64,000 nucleotides of DNA from an uncultured Gammaproteobacteria bacterium. Its GTDB lineage: Bacteria; Patescibacteriota; Microgenomatia; Levybacterales; UBA12049. The notes below the pieces were generated by a model. That model saw only the letters and a program-made list of their open reading frames with translations, was not told the DNA's origin and ran no database searches. Positions 37,687-46,070 of this stretch are shown here, in pieces. The translations under genes were made by a program, and so were the position numbers. The DNA lies in the NCBI GenBank assembly GCA_964497535.1, contig CAZCCG010000004.1:15218-79217 (forward strand), given 5' to 3'. How positions within the stretch are numbered: the first letter of the stretch is position 1; each line of letters begins with the position of its first letter.

Positions 37687-38363
37687 TTATGATATTTCCC
37701 TCCTTTTTCATCCCTGGCAATTCTTCCTTTTTCAAGGGCAATAACTCTTTTTTTAAGCGTATTCACAATATCTGCGTTATGAGTTGCCATAATAACAGTT
37801 GTACCTCGTTTATTAATCTCTTCAAGCAATGCTACAATTTCATTACTGGTTTTTGGATCTAAATTGCCGGTGGGTTCATCTGCCAACAAAATATCAGGTG
37901 ATAAAACCAGTGCTCGAGCAATTGCTGCTCGCTGCAGTTCTCCTCCGGAGAGTTGAACAGGAAATTTATCTTTATGGGTTTCTATACCTACCAAAGCCAT
38001 TACCTCATCTACTTTTTGGACTGCTTCAGGTTTTTTTACGCCGGCAACTTCAAGCGGCAAAACAATATTTTCGAAAATAGTTCTATCAACTAAAAGCTTC
38101 AGGTTTTGAAATACAACACCTATTTTTTTTCTATAATGAGGGAGTTTTTTACGAGGAAGTTTAACCAAATTAAAATCACTTACAACTATTTCGCCGGATG
38201 TTGGAAGAGTATCCCGAATAAGAAGACGAAAGAGGGTTGTTTTACCTGATCCGGTTGGACCCACTAAAAAAACAAATTCACCTTTTTCAATAGTTATATT
38301 GATATCTACCAAACCGGAGACTCCGGTTCCAAATACCTTAGATACTTTTTCCAAACGTATCAT
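37683..38363 (-). CDS. ftsE: Cell-division ATP-binding protein FtsE
   Basis: Walker A 'GPTGSGKTT', signature 'LSGGELQR' and Walker B. Confidence 0.9.
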   Translation of the reverse strand: MIRLEKVSKVFGTGVSGLVDINITIEKGEFVFLVGPTGSGKTTLFRLLIRDTLPTSGEIVVSDFNLVKLPRKKLPHYRKKIGVVFQNLKLLVDRTIFENIVLPLEVAGVKKPEAVQKVDEVMALVGIETHKDKFPVQLSGGELQRAAIARALVLSPDILLADEPTGNLDPKTSNEIVALLEEINKRGTTVIMATHNADIVNTLKKRVIALEKGRIARDEKGGKYHK

Positions 38364-38399
38364 ACATTGATTTTCTTTCCTTCGGAAATTAAAATACTA

Positions 38400-38843
38400 T
38401 TACAGCACTTCTATCTTCCCAACATCCATTAACCATCCTGCTTTCTGAGCTTTTTGCGTCTGTCCCCATACTTTTACTTTGTGCTTTAAATACTTTGATA
38501 AATCAATAATTGATGACGTCAAATATACATTTTGGCTGTCTCCTCCCGGTCGTACTAAATGATATTGACCTTCTCCATCAATACCCCCATCCTGCAAAAC
38601 TCCTTCTGTTGTATCTTTAAATGTTTCAATATCGTTCGTGCCCTCAACTGTTCCTTTGGCAACTGATGCCCCTCCTACTGAAGGAATAGCAGAACTCAAA
38701 CTTCCCCCTTGAGCACGAGGAGCTATGATATATCCTGTTCCGATACCTAACATGGCAACAACAACTAAAACCAAAATAACCTTTCCGGTCATCAATGGCC
38801 CGTCTGTTTGGTTAAAATCATGAAGTAATGAAGAATCATTCAT
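38400..38843 (-). CDS. Hypothetical membrane-anchored protein
   Basis: 147 aa with one TM helix. No homology was recognised. Confidence 0.35.
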   Translation of the reverse strand: MNDSSLLHDFNQTDGPLMTGKVILVLVVVAMLGIGTGYIIAPRAQGGSLSSAIPSVGGASVAKGTVEGTNDIETFKDTTEGVLQDGGIDGEGQYHLVRPGGDSQNVYLTSSIIDLSKYLKHKVKVWGQTQKAQKAGWLMDVGKIEVL

Positions 38844-39105
38844 AATCTGTTATATCTTTCACCTCCCTCTCTTTTTATTACTATTAATAGAAGAACTAAG
38901 TCCTATAAATATATTATAGGCAACTCCCGCAAAACCCGATTGGGTGAGAGGGGATAGGTTACTCTTTAAGTAAAGCATAAATCCTTGTTTTTGGCAACCC
39001 TACGGCTTCATAAATTCCCTGTTTGAAGCTAAAATCATGTACGAAAATTGAGAGTATTTTATAATTATTACACTAAAATAGATGAGATGTCAAAAATGAG
39101 AACCA

Positions 39106-39627
39106 TTAATATAAATCTTTATGCAGAAAGCGTGCAAGAGCAAAAGCAACTCCGTGCTCAACTCCTGTCGCACGAGTTACAACTCCTTTGGTCATAATAC
39201 CAAACATACCGATTCCTTCTCCTATTTTTTTGGTACCAAATAGCTCATCTACTGCTTGCTCTAAATTTTTACCGTTTTTAATTTTATCAATAACAATTGG
39301 GGGCAACACAAGCCCTCCTGATGCTCCCACTCCCACAGAACCCGTTCTGTCAACAATAACAACCAATGAATGTTCAAACCACCCATGTTTGTATTCTTGC
39401 AAACCTCCTTCTATACCTACACCAAATTGTGCGTCTTTTACTTTTTTTAAAGCATTCTTAGCACGATTAAATGCTCCCTGATACATTTCATCTATATTCA
39501 TCGGTTGATCAGAAACTCCCGATGAGACAGTAACACCTGCCACTGTAACATCTTTAAAATGCTTGGAAAAAATAGTTTTGACTGGTGTTATTTTGGTCGG
39601 ATTGGTAGACCCAACAGCAATAAGCAT
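39106..39627 (-). CDS. Inosine/xanthosine triphosphatase (YjjX/DUF84 family)
   Basis: 'MLIAVGSTNPTKI' N-terminus and the 'GVGIEGG' block. Confidence 0.65.
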   Translation of the reverse strand: MLIAVGSTNPTKITPVKTIFSKHFKDVTVAGVTVSSGVSDQPMNIDEMYQGAFNRAKNALKKVKDAQFGVGIEGGLQEYKHGWFEHSLVVIVDRTGSVGVGASGGLVLPPIVIDKIKNGKNLEQAVDELFGTKKIGEGIGMFGIMTKGVVTRATGVEHGVAFALARFLHKDLY

Positions 39628-39629
39628 AG

Positions 39630-40637
39630 TTAAGAAAGTTTCCGTAGCTCTTCTTCAATAAATCTACCCAAATCTCCATTGAGTACAGCCTCTGTATTTG
39701 AAGTTTCATAATCAGTACGGAGATCTTTTACCATATGATAGGGATGTAATACATATGAACGAATCTGGTTACCCCATCCGGGAGTTTTATATCCACCTTT
39801 AAGTTTTGTTTCTTCTTTTTTACGTTGTTCTTCCTGGATAATCCACAGTTTTGCGCGCAGTAATTTAAGGGCATTTTCCCGATTTTGTCCTTGATACCGC
39901 TCTGTCTGGGCTGTCACGACAATTCCTGATGGGAGATGCTTGAGCCGTACTGCTGTTGAGACTTTATTTACATTTTGACCTCCATGTCCACCCGCTCTAT
40001 AAAATTCCCACTCCAAATCGTCTTCTTTTATCTCAACCTGGCTGTTGTCTTCAACCAACGGCAATACCTCAACCAAAGCAAAAGATGTTTGACGCAATTT
40101 GTCGGCATTAAAGGGAGATTGACGCACCAATCGATGCGTCCCGGCTTCATGTTTGAGCATTCCATACGCATACGATCCTTCTATGGTCACTGTTATACTC
40201 TTTAATCCCGCTTCTTCGCCAGGAACTTCTTCGATTACTTCAAATTTCCATCCTTTTTGTTCAAAAAACCGGGTGTACATCCGATATAACATTTCAGCCC
40301 AATCCATTGCCTCAGTTCCCCCTTGACCTGAATGAATTGCGACAATTGCAGGTCCATTGTCATAGGGTCCTGAAAAATACAGGAATGTTTCCAGTTTATC
40401 CAGAAGTTGGGCGGCATCTTCTTGTTCCCCATTATTGACAAGCTCCTGCAAAAACTCCGCATCCTCTACTTCTTTTTGAAGTACAGAAAGCTCCTTCATT
40501 TTTTGGGCGGCTTTTTGGTGCTCTTGCCAAAATGAAGCACTCATGCTTTCAACTTCAATTTCACGAATTTTTTTCTTTTTCTCAGGAATGTTAAGTTTTT
40601 CCAGAAGTTTGTGTGTTCGCTGTGCAAGATCTTCCAT
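39630..40637 (-). CDS. prfB: Peptide chain release factor 2
   Basis: The 'SPF' tripeptide is specific to RF2, and 'GGQ' is present. The ORF is continuous, with no +1 frameshift site. Confidence 0.9.
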   Translation of the reverse strand: MEDLAQRTHKLLEKLNIPEKKKKIREIEVESMSASFWQEHQKAAQKMKELSVLQKEVEDAEFLQELVNNGEQEDAAQLLDKLETFLYFSGPYDNGPAIVAIHSGQGGTEAMDWAEMLYRMYTRFFEQKGWKFEVIEEVPGEEAGLKSITVTIEGSYAYGMLKHEAGTHRLVRQSPFNADKLRQTSFALVEVLPLVEDNSQVEIKEDDLEWEFYRAGGHGGQNVNKVSTAVRLKHLPSGIVVTAQTERYQGQNRENALKLLRAKLWIIQEEQRKKEETKLKGGYKTPGWGNQIRSYVLHPYHMVKDLRTDYETSNTEAVLNGDLGRFIEEELRKLS

Positions 40638-40641
40638 ATTA

Positions 40642-41907
40642 TTAATGAATAATAAATGATCCCAATAATACTAAAGCAGCAGCTGTCATACTGATAGTAA
40701 TAATCCATCCAGCAATATTTGATGGAAGAGAATTTGTATGCTTTCCCATGATTGATTTATTATTGCCAATAAGCATTATTAAAACCAGAAGAGGAGGTGC
40801 AATAATACCATTTAAAACCGCTGTGTAATATAACATTTTAAATGGCTCAATTGCAGTAAAATTAATAAGCAGTCCCAAAAGCGTTGCTATTGTTATAATC
40901 CCGTAAAATCCATGTGCTTTGGTAAACTTTCTATATAACCCTTCTTTCAAACCGAATGCTTCGGCAAATGCGTATGAAGCTGAACCTGCCAAGACAGGAA
41001 CTGCTAAAAGACCTGTCCCGATAATTCCTAAGGCAAAAAGAAGAAACGCAAAATCTCCTACCAATGGCTTGAGCGCTTGCGCTGCTTGATTGGCAGTTTC
41101 AATATTGGTGATTCCATGAGTATGTAACTGAGCTGCAGTAACCAAAATAATAAAAAACATCACTATCTGTGAAAAAAACATTCCAATAACGGTATCAAGC
41201 CGCATAACATGAATATCTTTATTTGTTATTTTTGGTATACCTTTTCCCATAATTCGTAATTTCCCCTCCGCTACTTCTTCTTCCACTTCTTCCCCTGCTT
41301 GCCAGAAAAATAAATACGGAGAAATTGTTGTTCCTAAAATAGCAACAATATTTACTAGGTATGTGTTACTCCATACAACTGTCGGGACAAGAGTTGACCC
41401 AAGTGCCTTAACCCAATCAATATGGATTACAAAAGCGGCAATAATATAAGCACAAAGTGAAAGAGTAAGATATTTGAGAAACTTCGCGTATACTTTATAA
41501 GAAACAAACACTTCCAAAATTAATGTGATAATTGTCATTGTAATAAGACATATGATGAAATGGACTCCAAAAACCATTTGGGCAGAAGCAGCCATTGCGC
41601 CCAGATCTGCTCCGATATTTACCGTATTTGCAATCAGAAGCAATACCACTGCTATATATAAAACTTGCTTTGAATAATGGGTTCTGATAACCCCTGCCAA
41701 TCCTTTTCCTGAAACGATACCGATTCTTCCACACATTTCCTGGATAACCGTCATAAACGGAAAGCAAAACAGCACTGTCCATAACTGTGCATATCCAAAT
41801 AAGGCACCTGTTTGTGAATAGGTACCAATCCCTGAGGGATCATCATCTGATGCACCTGTTATAAAACCTGGCCCAAGTATTTTCAATAATTTCTTAATTT
41901 TTTTCAT
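40642..41907 (-). CDS. mntH: NRAMP-family divalent metal (Mn2+/Fe2+) transporter
   Basis: 'GPGFITGASDDDPSGI' Nramp signature and 11 TM helices. Confidence 0.9.
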   Translation of the reverse strand: MKKIKKLLKILGPGFITGASDDDPSGIGTYSQTGALFGYAQLWTVLFCFPFMTVIQEMCGRIGIVSGKGLAGVIRTHYSKQVLYIAVVLLLIANTVNIGADLGAMAASAQMVFGVHFIICLITMTIITLILEVFVSYKVYAKFLKYLTLSLCAYIIAAFVIHIDWVKALGSTLVPTVVWSNTYLVNIVAILGTTISPYLFFWQAGEEVEEEVAEGKLRIMGKGIPKITNKDIHVMRLDTVIGMFFSQIVMFFIILVTAAQLHTHGITNIETANQAAQALKPLVGDFAFLLFALGIIGTGLLAVPVLAGSASYAFAEAFGLKEGLYRKFTKAHGFYGIITIATLLGLLINFTAIEPFKMLYYTAVLNGIIAPPLLVLIMLIGNNKSIMGKHTNSLPSNIAGWIITISMTAAALVLLGSFIIH

Positions 41908-41921
41908 AGGGATACCTCGTA

Positions 41922-42320
41922 TTATAAACTATTGCAAATTTGTTGGCAGCTTTGTTTCACTTGATCTTTCGGCGCATTTTCCAGGGTTTTTAGATCATTC
42001 AGGATCTTTTGTACTTGAGGGGAGGAAGAAGCAACCTCTGCTATATCTACTTTTTCGGCTTCTTTTTTAATTTCATCAAATTTACCCTGGAATGTTTTAG
42101 ATGAAGAATCCAAAAACGGGGCTGCAAATGTTGTTCTATTTTGATTACTTGATCCTTCTTTTAACTTTTTATTTTCTGTTGAAGTACCCAAAACGTCATC
42201 TAACGTTGTGTCTTTCACTACATATTGATTTCGGTCTGTACGTGGACTATTAAAATATGCATATGCGCCTACTGCAAATAAACACACAACCATTCCCATG
42301 ACGATTATGAACTTTTTCAT
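41922..42320 (-). CDS. Hypothetical secreted protein
   Basis: 132 aa with a signal peptide. Its stop overlaps the next gene. Confidence 0.35.
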   Translation of the reverse strand: MKKFIIVMGMVVCLFAVGAYAYFNSPRTDRNQYVVKDTTLDDVLGTSTENKKLKEGSSNQNRTTFAAPFLDSSSKTFQGKFDEIKKEAEKVDIAEVASSSPQVQKILNDLKTLENAPKDQVKQSCQQICNSL

Positions 42321-43321
42321 GCTGAAACACCATTTTGAGGAGTATGGGCAATATAAAGAGTAATATTCTCAAGAGTTGTATTCACAATTCGCTGCAGAGC
42401 TTCTGTGCTATTGAACGCATTATGGGGGGTAATTAAAACATTCTTTCGTGTAAGAAGAACATGATTCAACAATTGGGTTTTTATATCACATTCCTTGAGA
42501 AATTGTTCTGTAAGAAGCTGCCGTTCTTCTTTTACCATACATTCTTCTTCCAAAACATCAAGGCCTGCAGCGTGCAGGTACCCTTCATCAAGACCTTTAA
42601 GAATTGCTTCTGTCTCCACCAAACCACCTCTGGCAGTATTTAAAAGCACGCTTCCTTTTTTAAATTGAACAATATTTTCTTTATTTATGAAATAATGGGT
42701 TTGCTTCGTATAGGGAAGATGCAGGGTGACAACATCGCAAGAGCGTAATAATGTGGACATATCTGTAAATTTGAAACCATACTTCCCTGCTAATTCATCA
42801 TCAGGAGTATGCGTATATGCAAGGATATTCATTCCCAGCCCTTTTGCGATTTGTATAACTGCCAACCCAATATTACCGGTTCCAACTACTCCCAGAGTTT
42901 TCCCATACAAATCAAACCCTCTCAACCCATCCAGACTAAAATCACCATCCCTGGTTCTTTCAATCGAGGGAATAAGACAGCGGGAAATTGCCAGGAGAAG
43001 CGCTATCGTGTGCTCAGCAACCGTATGTGTTCCATATACCGGAACAGTACAAACCAGTATATTTTTGTCTTTACATGCAGAGATATCAATATGGTCATAG
43101 CCGGTAGATCGAGTTGCGACCATTTGCAGGGCAGGCAACTGAGTGATCATTTCCCGCGAAATTTCTGAGTATATAAAAATAGAAATAATATCCGCATCTT
43201 TTGCTTCCGTACTATTTTCCATTGTCAGTGGGTACTTGGTAAAAGACAATGAATGACCAGTGAGTTTTTTTTGAATATATGGAATTTCCCAATCTTCTAT
43301 TTCAAAAAATGCAATTTTCAT
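42317..43321 (-). CDS. D-isomer-specific 2-hydroxyacid dehydrogenase (D-lactate or phosphoglycerate dehydrogenase-like)
   Basis: 'GVVGTGNIGLAV' NAD-binding motif and a catalytic R/E/H arrangement. Confidence 0.85.
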   Translation of the reverse strand: MKIAFFEIEDWEIPYIQKKLTGHSLSFTKYPLTMENSTEAKDADIISIFIYSEISREMITQLPALQMVATRSTGYDHIDISACKDKNILVCTVPVYGTHTVAEHTIALLLAISRCLIPSIERTRDGDFSLDGLRGFDLYGKTLGVVGTGNIGLAVIQIAKGLGMNILAYTHTPDDELAGKYGFKFTDMSTLLRSCDVVTLHLPYTKQTHYFINKENIVQFKKGSVLLNTARGGLVETEAILKGLDEGYLHAAGLDVLEEECMVKEERQLLTEQFLKECDIKTQLLNHVLLTRKNVLITPHNAFNSTEALQRIVNTTLENITLYIAHTPQNGVSA

Positions 43322-43381
43322 TATGGTCTATATCATATCATATGGATACTGTTCCACAGTAGGTACTGATATTTATCAGTA

Positions 43382-43960
43382 TCACTCAAGGATCGACCGC
43401 AATTTTTTAAAGTCTTCCATGAATATTTTTTTTAATGGAGGAAATCTGAGTGCTGCTGCAGGATGATATTCTACAACAAATTTTCTTCCATCTTTTTCCA
43501 CTATATCTCCATGTCTTTTGGCTATAGGAATATCTTCGTTAAAAATTGCCCAGGCTGCTACTTTACCCAGCAAAACGATAAATTGGGGCTGTATGATATC
43601 CAGTTGTCCAAAAAGATGTTTTCTCCCATGATAAATTTGTTTTTTAGATGGTGTACCTTGTACTGGCAAGTATTTTACAGCACTTGTAATAAAAATATCA
43701 TCTTCAATTAGCCCTATTTCACGGATTAAACTCCTCAATAGTTGCCCTGACCGTCCAATAAAAGGACGCCCTGTCAGAGCTTCTTGTCTGCCAGGAGCTT
43801 CTCCAACAAATATAATTTCTGCATTTGGGTTGCCTTCTCCTGCAACTGCTTTTCCTGTTGTCCCTATATGGCACTGCGCACATGAATCAATTTCCTGAGC
43901 AATTCTTAAAAGCTCTTTTTCTTTTTTCATATCCATATTGTAATCATCAATTATAAGCAT
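43382..43960 (-). CDS. Uracil-DNA glycosylase, family 4 (Fe-S type)
   Basis: 'CAQCHIGTTGKAVAGEGNPNAEIIFVGEAPG' is the family-4 UDG signature. Confidence 0.85.
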   Translation of the reverse strand: MLIIDDYNMDMKKEKELLRIAQEIDSCAQCHIGTTGKAVAGEGNPNAEIIFVGEAPGRQEALTGRPFIGRSGQLLRSLIREIGLIEDDIFITSAVKYLPVQGTPSKKQIYHGRKHLFGQLDIIQPQFIVLLGKVAAWAIFNEDIPIAKRHGDIVEKDGRKFVVEYHPAAALRFPPLKKIFMEDFKKLRSILE

Positions 43961-43981
43961 TACTACCGGAGGATTTTACCA

Positions 43982-45187
43982 TTAAAGATAGGAGGCATGA
44001 CGATCTAAGAAAGAAAGAATAGTTTCGGGACCCTTTGTTTTTGGATGAAACTCATCACCTATAACGATTTTTCTTTTTTTCTCAACAAAAGGTATCTCAA
44101 ACTCATAGCAGTGATCTCCTTTACAAAGACGTTTCTTCATGAATGTAATTTTTTCTCCTGCAAATCGTTCTATTTCTTTTTCTATAAACAAATGGCTGAG
44201 CCTGGAACCTCCGACTACTATAAAAGTTGCATTTGTACCTAAACCCCCGAATAACCCCATTGATAAATCAGCATAGCTATCTCCTGCAATTAAAAGATCC
44301 AATTTACTTCTTTTTATTCCAAGTAACTTACAAAGCTTTTTTACAATATGTTCTGTAGCACGTACTTTTTTTGCTCTCGGTGGGGTTACGTGCACAAAAT
44401 ATTTTCCCACAATTGGATTACTATCATCGGTAATATCCATATGTATAATTTGTTTAATAACCTCTTTCGGTACATTTGAATCGTTTTTTAATGAATACAT
44501 GCGTTTTAAAAATTCTTTTTTTGCTTCAAGATTATCAAAAAACAGTTGAATCCTATAATCGGGAGGAAATACATTTGTTTCATACTTATCATATCGATTC
44601 TGGATATCGATAGCGGAAAGATTTGCCAACTTACCAAAACTATTGATGTAACTAATCACCTGTAGGGTTCCAATGCGCCATTCATGTGATTTTTGGGAAT
44701 ATCGTTTTTCAAAACTTATATCATGAATATATCCGCCGTTTTTCTGTCGTATTAATATTTTGGTGCCTGATGATCCAACAATAATATCTGGATCAAGTAC
44801 TCCGAGTGGTTCATAATCCTCAGGAGGTATATAGGAAAACCGTCCATTTTCAAATGACAACCGTGGTTCAGGACGAGAGAATCCAAATTTCTGAGACTTA
44901 CGAAATTCTGTTCCACTCATGACCATTTCTTCTGTACGGGATGTCACAAAGACAAGAGAATATCCCAATTGAGTAAGCCGTTTCCGTACCATATTAGCTG
45001 CTTTTGGAGCTGCGCCCGTAAGTGTTGAATCAATATCAAAAAAGGCAATCCGTAATGGATGTTGGTTTTCCTGAGATTTTTTTAAATGTGAGAGGATAAT
45101 ACTTTCCGAATAAGGAGTTGAGGAACGAGGTTCTTCGGAGGATATGCTAAGGTTTTTCAACCTAGGATTTTTTTTATTAGTATTCAA
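43982..45187 (-). CDS. HAD-superfamily (IIB, SPP-like) hydrolase
   Basis: 'FFDIDSTLTG' motif I and a C-terminal 'AGDSYADLSM' motif. Confidence 0.55.
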   Translation of the reverse strand: MNTNKKNPRLKNLSISSEEPRSSTPYSESIILSHLKKSQENQHPLRIAFFDIDSTLTGAAPKAANMVRKRLTQLGYSLVFVTSRTEEMVMSGTEFRKSQKFGFSRPEPRLSFENGRFSYIPPEDYEPLGVLDPDIIVGSSGTKILIRQKNGGYIHDISFEKRYSQKSHEWRIGTLQVISYINSFGKLANLSAIDIQNRYDKYETNVFPPDYRIQLFFDNLEAKKEFLKRMYSLKNDSNVPKEVIKQIIHMDITDDSNPIVGKYFVHVTPPRAKKVRATEHIVKKLCKLLGIKRSKLDLLIAGDSYADLSMGLFGGLGTNATFIVVGGSRLSHLFIEKEIERFAGEKITFMKKRLCKGDHCYEFEIPFVEKKRKIVIGDEFHPKTKGPETILSFLDRHASYL

Positions 45188-45324
45188 TTGGACAGATTGT
45201 GATAAGTCTATATAAAATCATCCTCCTTTATATTTACTATACACTCAAATACAATGCTTGTCAAACTCAGCATTTGAGCTATTATATAGGAGGATTCCTG
45301 AAAATAAAGATGATAATTATAAGA

Positions 45325-46026
45325 TCAATAATTAACCAGAGGAATAATATTTGCCTGTTTACGCAGGTTCGCAATAAGCTGGGTGAATTTATTTTGTAAT
45401 ACCTGCTGCTCAAGCTGCTGTTTTATGCTTTTCTTAATCTGAGTCATATTGGCATTCTCAGGAATTGATGCTTTGTTTTGTTCAATGTAATCATTTACTT
45501 GTTTATCGGTAATAGTTATGGGACCAACCATTTTCTGCGCCAGCTTTTGGATTTTTATCTGCTCCATTAATTGATCTTTGGTCAAACCCTGTGTAGCAAG
45601 TGCTTGATCCAAAGTTTGGCCTTGCTTTGCAAGGCTATCTTCTATCTTTTTCATTTCCTTATTAATATCGGCATCAGAAACGGTAATATTTTTCTTTTTT
45701 GCTTCCTGGACAACAAGCGTTTGTACAATTAAGTTTTCAAGAACTTGTTTACCACCTTGTTGTTCCAACTGTTGAATTACTGCTAACCGGCTAATCGGCT
45801 GCCCATTTACCACAGCTACCATAAAAAGACTTCGAGCAGAATAAAGAAGAAAAAGGATAATAAGAATAGCTAAGGTAATTATGACTACCTTTTTGCTTAC
45901 TCTCATTTCAGAAATACCCTCTTTTTTTGTGTATGTTTCAGCAGAAGCTACTGATGCATTTGATTCTACCGGCTTTCTGGTTTTGTGAGATGCAGATGAA
46001 GCTTTTTTCGTTTTACTGACTGCCAT
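45325..46026 (-). CDS. SurA N-terminal-domain / PrsA-like periplasmic chaperone, membrane-anchored
   Basis: 233 aa with a basic N-terminus, a TM helix and 'AVVNGQPISR...' SurA_N-like region. Confidence 0.55.
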   Translation of the reverse strand: MAVSKTKKASSASHKTRKPVESNASVASAETYTKKEGISEMRVSKKVVIITLAILIILFLLYSARSLFMVAVVNGQPISRLAVIQQLEQQGGKQVLENLIVQTLVVQEAKKKNITVSDADINKEMKKIEDSLAKQGQTLDQALATQGLTKDQLMEQIKIQKLAQKMVGPITITDKQVNDYIEQNKASIPENANMTQIKKSIKQQLEQQVLQNKFTQLIANLRKQANIIPLVNY

Positions 46027-46070
46027 ATTTGAGAATTATAACACAACTTTATTGAAATAAAAGCCCCATT

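Noticed and set aside
39630-40637. Programmed +1 frameshift site in prfB
   Set aside because: The RF2 ORF is continuous from the ATG, and there is no in-frame CUU-UGA-C slippery site. This variant is frameshift-free, which is common in some lineages.
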